A stretch of 64,000 bases of DNA from an uncultured Clostridia bacterium (GTDB lineage Bacteria; Bacillota; Clostridia; Christensenellales; Borkfalkiaceae). The stretch lies in assembly GCA_934249265.1 (NCBI GenBank), contig CAKQKQ010000001.1, forward strand, positions 15,614 to 79,613, read 5' to 3'. The position numbers and the translations under genes were made by a program. The notes under the pieces are model-generated. The model had not been told where the DNA came from, searched no databases, and saw only the letters and a program-made list of their open reading frames with translations. Within the stretch, counting starts at the first letter, position 1, and every line of letters starts with the position of its first letter. Below are positions 17,073-26,500 of the stretch, piece by piece.

Positions 17073-17801
17073 ATGGATAAACAAAAAGGATTAAATTATT
17101 GTTTTTTAGGCGATTCTATTACCGAAGGAGTAGGGGTAAATATCGGCGAAAGATACTTCGATATTTTATCTAAAACCCTTGGTTTCAATGCTTTCGGTTT
17201 TGGGTTTAATGGCGCAACAGCGCAAGACGTATTGAGTGAAATTGACAGAATGGAGCAAAAACTCGGCAAAAACGTAGACCTTGTTTCGGTGCTTATCGGC
17301 ACAAACGATTTTTATTCAAACGTGCCTTTGGGTGAGTTTTTTACCCAAACAGAAGAAACCGTTTGCGTTGTTAAAGACGATGCCGGAAATCCCGTAAAAA
17401 CCGAGACGAGAAAAAAGCGCGAGTTTAATTTTGACGAAAACACTTTTTGCGGAAGGCTTAACAACATTTTCAATAAATTGAGAAAAGATTATCCTTTTGC
17501 CGACTTTATAATTATGACTCCGTTACATCGGGCGTACGCAACTTTCGGCAACGACAATATTCAATACGACGAATTGTACTCAAGCGGAATAGGTCTGTTT
17601 ATCGAAGACTACGTAAACGCGGTAAGGCGTTGCGCTGATGTTTGGGCGATAAAATTAATCGATTTATATAAAGAGTCGGGTTTGTTCCCCTTAAACGACG
17701 ACTGCGCGAAAGAATATTTTACAAACGTAAACACCGACAGATTACACCCCAACAAAAACGGACATAAAAAACTCGCAAAAGCGATAGAAAAATATTTATA
17801 A
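17073..17801 (+). CDS. SGNH/GDSL-family hydrolase
   Basis: Block I FLGDSITEG, block III GTNDF, block V DRLHPN. Confidence 0.8.
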   Translation: MDKQKGLNYCFLGDSITEGVGVNIGERYFDILSKTLGFNAFGFGFNGATAQDVLSEIDRMEQKLGKNVDLVSVLIGTNDFYSNVPLGEFFTQTEETVCVVKDDAGNPVKTETRKKREFNFDENTFCGRLNNIFNKLRKDYPFADFIIMTPLHRAYATFGNDNIQYDELYSSGIGLFIEDYVNAVRRCADVWAIKLIDLYKESGLFPLNDDCAKEYFTNVNTDRLHPNKNGHKKLAKAIEKYL

Positions 17802-17887
17802 TCGGCAAAACAGAGAAATACTCACAACTAAAACGATAGAGTATTTATAAGCGATAAAAACACGCTAAAATTTATGTTTAATAAAAA

Positions 17888-17919
17888 AGGAGCGACCTTA
17901 AATTTGGTTGCTCCTTTTA
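17888..17919 (+). terminator. terminator after the SGNH hydrolase gene
   Basis: AGGAGC..CC/GG..GCTCCT hairpin followed by TTTT; A-run upstream. Confidence 0.6.
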
Positions 17920-18274
17920 CGTTGCGGGTGAAGTTTGTGTAAAGGCTTTAAAAACTCCCGCCCGCCGCGCCGCTTTTATTATCTTTTATTATAAAGTTAG
18001 AGAGGTATAAAACGTGTCGCGCCTTTTTGTGTTGTTGTATTGCTTTAGCGTGATTTTTAGTGTAGAGTTTTTACCTTTTTGCACCGCTTTTTCGCGTTGC
18101 ATTTTTACCATTTTCGCTCCGCTTTTTGTGCCAAATTTACCTTTTTACTCCGTCGTATTGTTCTAAATTTTTCGCTTTGTTTTTGCGTTTTTCTACTACT
18201 TTACGTTCATATTTTAACGTGATAAACCGTCGGCTTAAAATCCTACAAAATCAAGCCGTCTAAAAACGCAAAAA

Positions 18275-18308
18275 CCTTGTTTACCGCATACGTATGCGGT
18301 AAACAAGG
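18275..18308 (-). terminator. 34-nt perfect palindrome, terminator of the phosphatase gene
   Basis: CCTTGTTTACCGCATACGTATGCGGTAAACAAGG. On the minus strand it is followed by TTTTTGCGTTTTT. The core is the dyad motif seen at six other sites. Confidence 0.7.
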
Positions 18309-18419
18309 CGTTTAAAAAGGTTGAAATGAAATTATTATACCAAAAACGGTATAAAAATTTTTGCGAAATTTAATAAATCGAAAACTCACCGAGAAAACAA
18401 ATTTTGCGATAAAATTTTA

Positions 18420-19640
18420 TTATCCGAGTATTTCGATTACTGCGTCGAGATAGTCTGCGGGTACGTCGTTTGCAACGAGACAGTTGTAAATTTTTTGACT
18501 TAAAGTATCGCCGTCAAACGATTTAATATAATTTACGTAATTGCTTTGAATAGAACTTACGTTTCTGCTTCCGCCGATGTTGCCGAAGTTAGACATTAAA
18601 TAATCTCTGTACAAATCTTCTTCGGATACGCCCAAAAGTCCGTCCACAAGGAAAGATATAATACCCGTACGGTCAGTGCCGATATTGCAATGATAAATCA
18701 CGGGGTAGTTGTTTGCGTCGGAAAGAATACCGAAAATAGTGGCGATTTTTTGCTTGTTGCCCGTCAAAAGGTTAGACGCGGTATAGTCCATGGGGCATTG
18801 CGCGTATTGCACGCCGTCGCCCAAGGGGCTTGTGTTTGTCAAACCGCCGACTTCGTTGTCGGAAACCATACGCAAGTCGATTTCGGTTTTTATTTTAAGC
18901 ATATCGAGCATGGTCTTTTTGCCGTTTTCGGTTATTTCCACTTTAATCTCGGAAGAACTGCTTTTGTTTAATCTTCCGCAGCGGAATAAAAGACCTTGTT
19001 TTACGGTTTTTCCGCTTTCGGTTTGCCAGCCGCCCATATCTCTCACGTTGGTTACGCCTTCGACGAAAATCATTCTCGGGCACGTCGCCGCGGTTTTAAA
19101 CGCACTCACGGTAGAAGTGCTTGTGTTTCCGTTTTCAAGCGTAGCCTCGACTTGCCAATAATAATCATAACCCACCATTAAATTGTACACGCTTACGCTT
19201 GTTTCGGTGCAAGTATAAGTCCAAACGTTTTCGCTGAAATCGGCAACGGGGCTTACCTTAACCGTGTAATAACTTATCGGCGAAGAGTTGTCGTCGGTTG
19301 CTTGCGCCGTCCACGAAAGACTCAACGCCTCGGGTATGCTCCTTTCGTTTTGACCGTTTGCATATTTTGCTATCGAAGTATACGCGTCCGCAAGATAACT
19401 TTTTTGAAGAGCGGTGTGTTGGTCGACTTCGCCGTCGATCGTGCTTAAACTAAACGAATAATCTTGTCTGTGACCCTTGCATTTTTTCTCGCAAACCTTA
19501 TTGGTGCAGTTTTCGTCTTGGCAAAGCGAACAAATTTCGCACACGTGTTTACATTCGTGTTTGCTTTCTTCTCCGCAACCCACAAGCGAAAACAATAGAC
19601 ATAAAGCGAGTAAAATACTCAACAGTTGTGATTTTTTCAT
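18420..19640 (-). CDS. lipoprotein with C-terminal protein-tyrosine-phosphatase-like domain
   Basis: AGGAGG RBS and lipobox LVGC. Cys-rich stretch CKHVCEICSLCQDENCTNKVCEKKCKGH. HCNIGTDRTG matches the C-x5-R phosphatase P-loop. Confidence 0.8.
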   Translation of the reverse strand: MKKSQLLSILLALCLLFSLVGCGEESKHECKHVCEICSLCQDENCTNKVCEKKCKGHRQDYSFSLSTIDGEVDQHTALQKSYLADAYTSIAKYANGQNERSIPEALSLSWTAQATDDNSSPISYYTVKVSPVADFSENVWTYTCTETSVSVYNLMVGYDYYWQVEATLENGNTSTSTVSAFKTAATCPRMIFVEGVTNVRDMGGWQTESGKTVKQGLLFRCGRLNKSSSSEIKVEITENGKKTMLDMLKIKTEIDLRMVSDNEVGGLTNTSPLGDGVQYAQCPMDYTASNLLTGNKQKIATIFGILSDANNYPVIYHCNIGTDRTGIISFLVDGLLGVSEEDLYRDYLMSNFGNIGGSRNVSSIQSNYVNYIKSFDGDTLSQKIYNCLVANDVPADYLDAVIEILG

Positions 19641-19964
19641 CTTCTTTTCCTCCTATATGCGCCATAGCCGCGCGCTTTAATAAAACATACGCGTTTAATT
19701 GTGCGCGTATAATATTATATAATAGAAATCGGTTTCGCCTTAAAAACAACCTTTAAATTTGCCTTGAAAATAGCCCATAAAGGCTTTTTATCTCGTCAAA
19801 CTTTTGCGTTTGCGCTTGCGGTAAAACATATTGCCGACAATAGACGAAAATTGACTATAAAACATAAATATTTGCCGAAAATCGCAAATAATTGCCGTCA
19901 ATTTGAATAAATTGCCGCAAATTGTGCAAATTTACCGCTGTTTGGCTCTTCTGATACCTATTAT

Positions 19965-19980
19965 ATGTTAACGATAACAT
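19965..19980. promoter_or_regulatory. LacI-type operator, copy 1
   Basis: ATGTTAACGATAACAT, a dyad with central CG. Confidence 0.7.
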
Positions 19981-20028
19981 ACTTTGTGGACTTTGTCAAT
20001 ATTTATTCAAAAAATTTTAAAAAGGGTA

Positions 20029-20057
20029 TTGACAAAGGGGGAATGTTGAGTTATACT
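20029..20057 (+). promoter_or_regulatory. promoter of the LacI-family gene
   Basis: TTGACA (20029-20034), 17-nt spacer, TATACT (20052-20057). Confidence 0.7.
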
Positions 20058-20068
20058 ATACGTACAAT

Positions 20069-20084
20069 ATGTTAACGATAACAT
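20069..20084. promoter_or_regulatory. LacI-type operator, copy 2
   Basis: ATGTTAACGATAACAT, 12 nt downstream of the -10 element. This is a classic autorepression position. Confidence 0.75.
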
Positions 20085-20116
20085 ATTTTTAACGCAAATT
20101 TACATTAGAGGACGAA

Positions 20117-21091
20117 ATGGTACACAAAAACAAAGAGATGGTGACGATAAAAGACGTTGCCGATCTCGCCAACGTAACCGCTCAAACCGTATCGCGAGTA
20201 ATGCGCGGCACGGGGTACGTTTCAGAAGAAACGAAAGCAAAAGTTTTGCAAGCGGCGCATCAACTGAATTATATACCGAGTTACGTTGCGAAGGCATTGC
20301 GTAAGGGCATGTCGCAAAGTATTGCGATAGTGTTCGACAGTTTGCGCAACGTGTACTTTTCGGTAATGATAGATTATATAAGGAAATCGATAAAAAACAA
20401 CGGTTATTCGGTGCAGTTGCTGTTTTCAAACGAATCGGTTATCACCGAAGAAACTTACCGCAAGGCAATTTCGCACGGGGCGGTGGGCGTAATCAGTTTC
20501 CTCGAAGGCAAAGAGGGTATAGGCGACGTGGTAAAAAACTTGGGCGTGCCTATGCTTATATTCGGTCGTTCCACTTATGAAGACGGACTGGATTATATCA
20601 CGACCGACGACGTGCAAGGCGGCATGCTTGCGGCAAATAGACTTATAAACGACGGTTGCACTTCGTTTTACTACGTGGTAGAAGGTAGGGGAATGACTTG
20701 CGCTATCGATAGATATAAGGGTTTTAAAGAAGAACTTGAAAAGCACGGATTTAAAGCCGAACTTTTAGACTTAAACGAAGAGGGCGAAAAGTGTTTTGCG
20801 AAAATGTCGCTCAACGACCCCACGCAAGGCATATTCTGTTTCAGCGATAACATCGCTTTCAACGTCGTTAAAAAGATGAAAGGCATACCCGACGCAAACC
20901 GCGCAAAACTCATCGGATACGATAATATTCAGTCGGATATTCCTCTTCCCATCACGCTTACCACAATAGGTGTTGATAAAGAACATCACGCCGATTTTGC
21001 GGTAAAACAAATCATCGAAAAAATCGCCGACCCGCAAATAAAACTTGCAAAACATCAATCGGTAAAACTTTTCGAGGGTGAAACGGCATAA
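20117..21091 (+). CDS. LacI/GalR-family transcriptional regulator
   Basis: N-terminal HTH VTIKDVADLANVTAQTVSRVMRG followed by a periplasmic-binding-protein-like sugar-binding fold. Confidence 0.9.
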   Translation: MVHKNKEMVTIKDVADLANVTAQTVSRVMRGTGYVSEETKAKVLQAAHQLNYIPSYVAKALRKGMSQSIAIVFDSLRNVYFSVMIDYIRKSIKNNGYSVQLLFSNESVITEETYRKAISHGAVGVISFLEGKEGIGDVVKNLGVPMLIFGRSTYEDGLDYITTDDVQGGMLAANRLINDGCTSFYYVVEGRGMTCAIDRYKGFKEELEKHGFKAELLDLNEEGEKCFAKMSLNDPTQGIFCFSDNIAFNVVKKMKGIPDANRAKLIGYDNIQSDIPLPITLTTIGVDKEHHADFAVKQIIEKIADPQIKLAKHQSVKLFEGETA

Positions 21092-21168
21092 AACCCGCCG
21101 TAAATCACAAAATATAAATACAAATAAAAACTTAAATATATTTAAAAGGTCGCTTATTTAAAAAAATT

Positions 21169-21204
21169 CAGCCCTTAAGGGCTGTTTTGCGTATGCAAAA
21201 CAGC
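21169..21204 (+). terminator. terminator region after the regulator gene
   Basis: Two overlapping hairpins: CAGCCCTTAAGGGCTG followed by TTTTG, and CTGTTTTGC-GTAT-GCAAAACAG. Confidence 0.55.
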
Positions 21205-21282
21205 AACTTTTAATTGTAAGATTTTAAAATTTAAGCGGCGAAAATAAGTAAACAAAGCAAAGCGGATAAAAAATGTAAATTG

Positions 21283-21316
21283 TTTACTTTACGCCATACG
21301 TATTGCGTAAAAACGG
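21283..21316 (+). repeat. dyad-motif repeat, copy e
   Basis: TTTACGCCATACGTATTGCGTAAAAACGG. Confidence 0.7.
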
Positions 21317-21384
21317 AAATAAAGCAAAAAATTAATATTAAATTTTATAAAAAAGGAAAATTGTTTCCTTTTTATGTTATTTGT

Positions 21385-21400
21385 GTGTTAACGATAACAT
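21385..21400. promoter_or_regulatory. LacI-type operator, copy 3, upstream of the glycan locus
   Basis: GTGTTAACGATAACAT, 15/16 identical to copies 1 and 2. Lies about 165 nt upstream of the 1472-aa lipoprotein gene. Confidence 0.7.
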
Positions 21401-21566
21401 ATTGCTACGTGTAGATAGCATGCAACATGGTGTATCGAGGGTGTTTAAAGCAGCGTATTAAAAGCGCGGCGGTAAAGCAAAATTTTATTAACAAAGGCCT
21501 AATAAGTTTCTTCGACTTTTCAAAACGAAGGCAATAAAGCAAGGCAAAAATATAGGAGGAATAAAA

Positions 21567-24500
21567 ATGAAGAAGAAAACATTATTGACTCTTTTGTTGG
21601 TTATGGTTCTTTCACTTGCAGGTTTTGTGGCTTGCGGAGGAAATAATTCCGCAAAGTACGAAATCCAAACTGCAAAGACGATGGAAATCGACAAAGGATC
21701 TTCAAAGGTTTTGGAGTACACGGTTACTAAAGACGGCGTTATTCAAGACTCCGTTGAGACGGTAGTTACCGTTATTTCGGGCGATTCGGTTACGTATTCG
21801 GCTGAAACAAACAAAGTTACCGCAGTAAAAACGGGTATTTCAAAATTGCAAATCGCGCTCAAAAGCGACGCGAAGGTAAAGGCTGAGGTGACCGTAAACG
21901 TACCTTTATACGAAATTTCGTTTGCCAAATCGTCTTATGAAATTTACCTTGGTGAAGTGGTAAACGCTTCTTTCACTGTCAAAAAAGACAATGCAAGAGT
22001 ACAAAACGCCAAAGTAAAATTGACGGTTGAGGGTGGCGACGCCATCACGGTAAACACTTTCACTAAAGAAGTTACCGCAAGCAATCTCGGCACGGCTACG
22101 CTTGTTGCTACGTTAGAATCAGATCCCGAAGTAAGGGCTACCGCTACTTACACTGTTAAAGACACGTTCTTCAACAGAACTTTAAATACAAGAGGTAACA
22201 TCGACTTCTCTAAAGAAGACGCAGGTGCAGACAGTGCGATAAGCGTTCTCGCCGGTCAAGCAACCGTAACGGTTAAAAACCCCGGCACTCAATTCGTATT
22301 CAGAACGACTATCGACATTTTAAGTTCGATGAGCACTTATTCGAGTATCGGCGTCGGTTCGTTCATGGACGAAGGTAATCACGCTTTGTGGTTCGGTCTT
22401 ATGGGCACGGGTACAGACGGCGTTTACGACGTATATATCAGAGATTTCTATAAGGCTTGGGACAAACCCGCTTACGAAAATCACAATATCGGCAACTATG
22501 CCGCATACAAGCACGGTACGAAGGTTGAATTCGTCATCGTACGTGACGGCGACGATTATTGGTACAGCATCGGCGGACTTACGGGTACTTACCACGACGC
22601 AAGCGGCAACTACACCGAAGAAGCAACTTACCCCGGCGTATTCTCTCAAGAAAAAATGCTTACGCTTACAAACTACAGCGTTTCTTATGAAGACGCAGAC
22701 GTAGCGGCGGCAAAGGCAGAATGTGAAACGGAAGTTGCAAAACTTTTAATCACAAACGCAAACGTAACGTTGCTTGAAAAAGGCGCGGCTTATAAATATA
22801 ATGCAGTTGCATACTCTTCTACAAGCGGCGACAAGACTATCACTTGGAGCGTAGATACCGCTGAAATGACAAGCGGAGCAGAAGGCGTAACTATCGACGC
22901 AGACGGCACGCTTCACCTTACTAACGATGCGGCGGGTTACGTTACCGTAAAGGCAACTTGCGGCGGCAAAGAAGCAACCGTAAGAATTGAAATTTCTCAA
23001 GAAGAACTCAACAAGGCGACGGATAAAGTTGCCGTATCGGGCGGCGTAGGCTTGGATATGACTACCAACGCTATCACTTTCCCCGTTGAAAGAAACTTCA
23101 ATAATCCCACGCTTGACCTCACTCAATATGTTGAAATTCCTTACATGGCAAAACTTCTTACCACTGTAAGCGGCGATTTCACACTTACTTTCAAAGTTAA
23201 AAATTATGCTTCGACTTCGACGACTCCGATGTTGCTTGTAAGTTTGGGCGGAAAGGGCAACAACTTCGTGCTCGGTAAAGACGGCGTAGTAACGGGTTAC
23301 AACTACGTTCAAGGTATCGGTAATCAAGGTACTCCCGTTGACGGCGCATACGGATACAAGGCTGAAGGCAACGAAAGCGCAACTATCGCGGGCTTCGACG
23401 CTACGGCAGAACACGTATATAAAATAGTTGTTAAAAACGGCGAATATCACGTATATCTCGACGAAACCGAACTTCAATTTGCAGATCAAGCGATCCGCAG
23501 AGGCGAAGATTACATGGCTGATTGCAACGTTATGTTCACGACGAACGCGGGTACTTCTTGCGAAGTTTATGACGTAAACGTTGAAAATCAAGGCAACACG
23601 GTCGGCGATTGGATGATTTACAACAAAACCAACGCAAGCATTGTAGACGGTAATTTGGTCGCTAAATTCCCCGCAAACAGTTGGAACGGTAAAGACCACA
23701 TGATTACTCGTTACGTTTACATGGGCGGACTCGTTCCGGAAGGCACGTTTGCAATTAAGTTAAACCTTAAATTCAGCGCGGCTCAAAACGACACGAAGGC
23801 TGTAATTAAAATCGGCAACTTCGAGTTCCAAGTAAACAACAAGTTCGCAAGCAGCAACTGTCTCGAAGCGGAATACTTCAACGGCAATTGGGGCGGCGGA
23901 AAGTCGGTTATCCCCGGCACGCTTGAAGATACTCACGTTGTAGAACTTCAACTTCTCGACGGCGAAATTTATTTCTACGTAAACGGCACGCTTGTAAATA
24001 AACACAGCGGCGTAAAAGACGCAAAATATATCGAATTCTATACGTACAACAGCAACGAAGCGGATATAGACGCTACCGTAACTGTTTCTGACGTACAAAT
24101 TCACACTACTTTCCTCACATTGGAAGGACCTTCGGCTGCTAAAACGGGTCTCACCGCAATTTACACGGCAACCGCTAAGGGCGAAGGCGAAATTACTTGG
24201 TCGGTAGATACTACGGGTCTTACGGCGGGTAGCGCAACTATCGAAAACGGCGTTCTTTCGATGAGCGCAGACGCAGTAGGTTACGTAACGGTTACCGCAA
24301 CGATCGGCACTTATTCAAAGTCTCTCAAGGTTACCGCTTCCACTCAAGAAGCAGACCAAGACACTGACGTTGCAACTTCCAAGGGCGGCGTTCTTCAAGA
24401 CGAAACCAACGGAAAACTTATTTTCTCCGAAGAAAAAGCGACTGAAAACGGCGTAGCAAACGAAACCGAATATGCAGAAAGCGGTTATTACGCAATTCTC

Positions 24501-25985
24501 AACAGCAGCAAGGGCGTTCCTCATAAGGTAACGGGCAACTTCTCGGTTGAATTTACCGTTGCGGCATATAAGACGACTGCCGAATATCCCAAATTCATGA
24601 TTAGTTTGGGCGGTACAAACGAACAATTCTACGTAACTTATTTCAAGAACGGCGAGGCTCAAATCCAAACGTTTACAAGGTCTTTCGATAACGACGGAAA
24701 CGCATACGGCGGACAATGGGTAAACAGCGCGAAGTTTGAAAACTTCGACGTAACCGAGGCTCACACTTATAAAATCGAAGTTGTTGACGGATTCTACAAA
24801 GTATACGTTGACGGCAACGAAATAACTCAATTCTTTATGGACGGTCAAGCAAGAAAGTTGTTCAGAAATCCTCAAGATACTGTTACTCCTTCTTGCATAA
24901 TGTTCGCTACAAACCAAGGCACTTCTTGCGAAGTATACGGCATTTCGGTTGAATGTACCGGCGCAGACGCTTTCGAGACTGTAAACTCGGCTGTAACTAC
25001 AGGTTTAGACGGCTTTACGTTCGACATGACAAGAACGGGCGATTTAAACAACGGTTGGCAAAATGCAGATAGCAACTCCGTTTACTACAGCAAGTACGTT
25101 CCCGCAAACTTCATCGCAACTTTCGGCGTTGAATTCAGCGGCGCAATGAACGATAACAAGTTGGAAGTAGAACTCGGCGGTCAATTGCTTCACATTGAAA
25201 ACAAACTCGGCGCGGGCGATGCTAAACTTCAAATTTGCCACAAAAATTGGGGTAGACAATGGTATACCGAAACTAACCAAAAGTTCTATGTAAAGGTTAC
25301 TCGTCTTGACGGCGTTGTTAAAGCATACGTTCGTCTTGCAACCGAAACCGAATGGACAGAACTTGCAGACCTCAACGGATTTGCTTCGGATTACAACTAC
25401 TTCAAGTTTGCCGCATATATCGGCGACAACGGCAACGGCTCTGTAAACGTTTCCGAAATGAGCGTTATGGAATACTACGTTGCTAAATCTAACAACGACA
25501 ACTTGGTAACGGTTGACGACAATTCGTTCACTTTGAAATTTAAATATCAAGATTGGCTCAACGGCGACGAAGCGAATATCGCAACGTTCTATAATCGTGA
25601 ATTACCCGAAGGCAATTTCGATATTACTTTCAAAGTAAGTTTCCCCACCGATATGGTAGATGCTAAATTGGGCGTATACATGGGCGACAGAGCAGATAAT
25701 CACGAATTCGATATCTGCGTAGGCGGAACAAATAAGGCTGAAATCAGAAGTATCTGGGGCGGTGCTGCTGCAGACAATTGGGACGTAAGCAATCTTAAAG
25801 TTACTCTTCAAGTAAGAGGCGACAAGGTTACTATGGTAATCAACGACAATTACACTGTTGGCACTGTTGACATCACGGGTACGCGCAGTTTGTATTTCTA
25901 TGCTCGCAACAAGAAAGACGCAGACCTTGAAAAGACGGTTACGCTTTCCGACTTCGTGGTTACCGAAGTTAAAGAAATTGCTTAA
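21567..25985 (+). CDS. giant surface lipoprotein (1472 aa) with Ig-like (Big_2-type) and repeated jelly-roll/LamG-like modules
   Basis: RBS AGGAGG and lipobox GFVAC. Big_2-like segments (e.g. TWSVDT...GYVTVKATCGGKEATV). Internally duplicated about 190-aa modules end in TTNAGTSCEVYDVNVE and ATNQGTSCEVYGISVE. Confidence 0.85.
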   Translation: MKKKTLLTLLLVMVLSLAGFVACGGNNSAKYEIQTAKTMEIDKGSSKVLEYTVTKDGVIQDSVETVVTVISGDSVTYSAETNKVTAVKTGISKLQIALKSDAKVKAEVTVNVPLYEISFAKSSYEIYLGEVVNASFTVKKDNARVQNAKVKLTVEGGDAITVNTFTKEVTASNLGTATLVATLESDPEVRATATYTVKDTFFNRTLNTRGNIDFSKEDAGADSAISVLAGQATVTVKNPGTQFVFRTTIDILSSMSTYSSIGVGSFMDEGNHALWFGLMGTGTDGVYDVYIRDFYKAWDKPAYENHNIGNYAAYKHGTKVEFVIVRDGDDYWYSIGGLTGTYHDASGNYTEEATYPGVFSQEKMLTLTNYSVSYEDADVAAAKAECETEVAKLLITNANVTLLEKGAAYKYNAVAYSSTSGDKTITWSVDTAEMTSGAEGVTIDADGTLHLTNDAAGYVTVKATCGGKEATVRIEISQEELNKATDKVAVSGGVGLDMTTNAITFPVERNFNNPTLDLTQYVEIPYMAKLLTTVSGDFTLTFKVKNYASTSTTPMLLVSLGGKGNNFVLGKDGVVTGYNYVQGIGNQGTPVDGAYGYKAEGNESATIAGFDATAEHVYKIVVKNGEYHVYLDETELQFADQAIRRGEDYMADCNVMFTTNAGTSCEVYDVNVENQGNTVGDWMIYNKTNASIVDGNLVAKFPANSWNGKDHMITRYVYMGGLVPEGTFAIKLNLKFSAAQNDTKAVIKIGNFEFQVNNKFASSNCLEAEYFNGNWGGGKSVIPGTLEDTHVVELQLLDGEIYFYVNGTLVNKHSGVKDAKYIEFYTYNSNEADIDATVTVSDVQIHTTFLTLEGPSAAKTGLTAIYTATAKGEGEITWSVDTTGLTAGSATIENGVLSMSADAVGYVTVTATIGTYSKSLKVTASTQEADQDTDVATSKGGVLQDETNGKLIFSEEKATENGVANETEYAESGYYAILNSSKGVPHKVTGNFSVEFTVAAYKTTAEYPKFMISLGGTNEQFYVTYFKNGEAQIQTFTRSFDNDGNAYGGQWVNSAKFENFDVTEAHTYKIEVVDGFYKVYVDGNEITQFFMDGQARKLFRNPQDTVTPSCIMFATNQGTSCEVYGISVECTGADAFETVNSAVTTGLDGFTFDMTRTGDLNNGWQNADSNSVYYSKYVPANFIATFGVEFSGAMNDNKLEVELGGQLLHIENKLGAGDAKLQICHKNWGRQWYTETNQKFYVKVTRLDGVVKAYVRLATETEWTELADLNGFASDYNYFKFAAYIGDNGNGSVNVSEMSVMEYYVAKSNNDNLVTVDDNSFTLKFKYQDWLNGDEANIATFYNRELPEGNFDITFKVSFPTDMVDAKLGVYMGDRADNHEFDICVGGTNKAEIRSIWGGAAADNWDVSNLKVTLQVRGDKVTMVINDNYTVGTVDITGTRSLYFYARNKKDADLEKTVTLSDFVVTEVKEIA

Positions 25986-26500
25986 TTAAGTCAACTATTG
26001 CAAAATTCGTTGTAGTAATTTTGCAAAACTAAAACTAAATTTACCGTAAAATCGGTATAAAAAACCCGAAACAAAGGGGAGACTCGTTTTTAACGGTCTC
26101 CCCCGTACGGGTTAATATAAAAAGACTTTCGTTTGTTTTATTTAGATAAAAAAGGGGTTTCATTTGTTTTATTCAGCCCTTTTAAAGATATTTCGGCAAG
26201 CATTGCAAAAATTTGCGCCGCAATGTTTGCCAAAGTATCTTTTCAAACGTAGCGCAGTCAAAAATTTTCTCGATAAAAATCGCGAGTTTAAAATTTTATT
26301 TAAAAATTTTTAAAAACGCGCGGTCGGGCAAAAATGCAAACAACAAAAGTTTGACGGAAACGAAAAACTTTCTTCGGTGCATTTCGGCAAAGATTTGCTT
26401 TTAAATCGATTTCAACAAAACGATTTCGCTTTTAAAAGATAAAAAGGCTACGCTTAATTGAAAAATACTAATACATTACACCACAAGGGGACATGAAAAT

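Noticed and set aside
22746-23699. 317-aa minus-strand ORF, plus several other long antisense ORFs at 24315-24917, 25044-25550 and 26711-27265, inside the giant lipoprotein genes
   Set aside because: They are antisense to strongly supported genes, have no RBS, and their Arg/Val/Phe/Cys-rich composition is typical of the reverse frame of Gly/Thr/Asn/Val-rich coding sequence.
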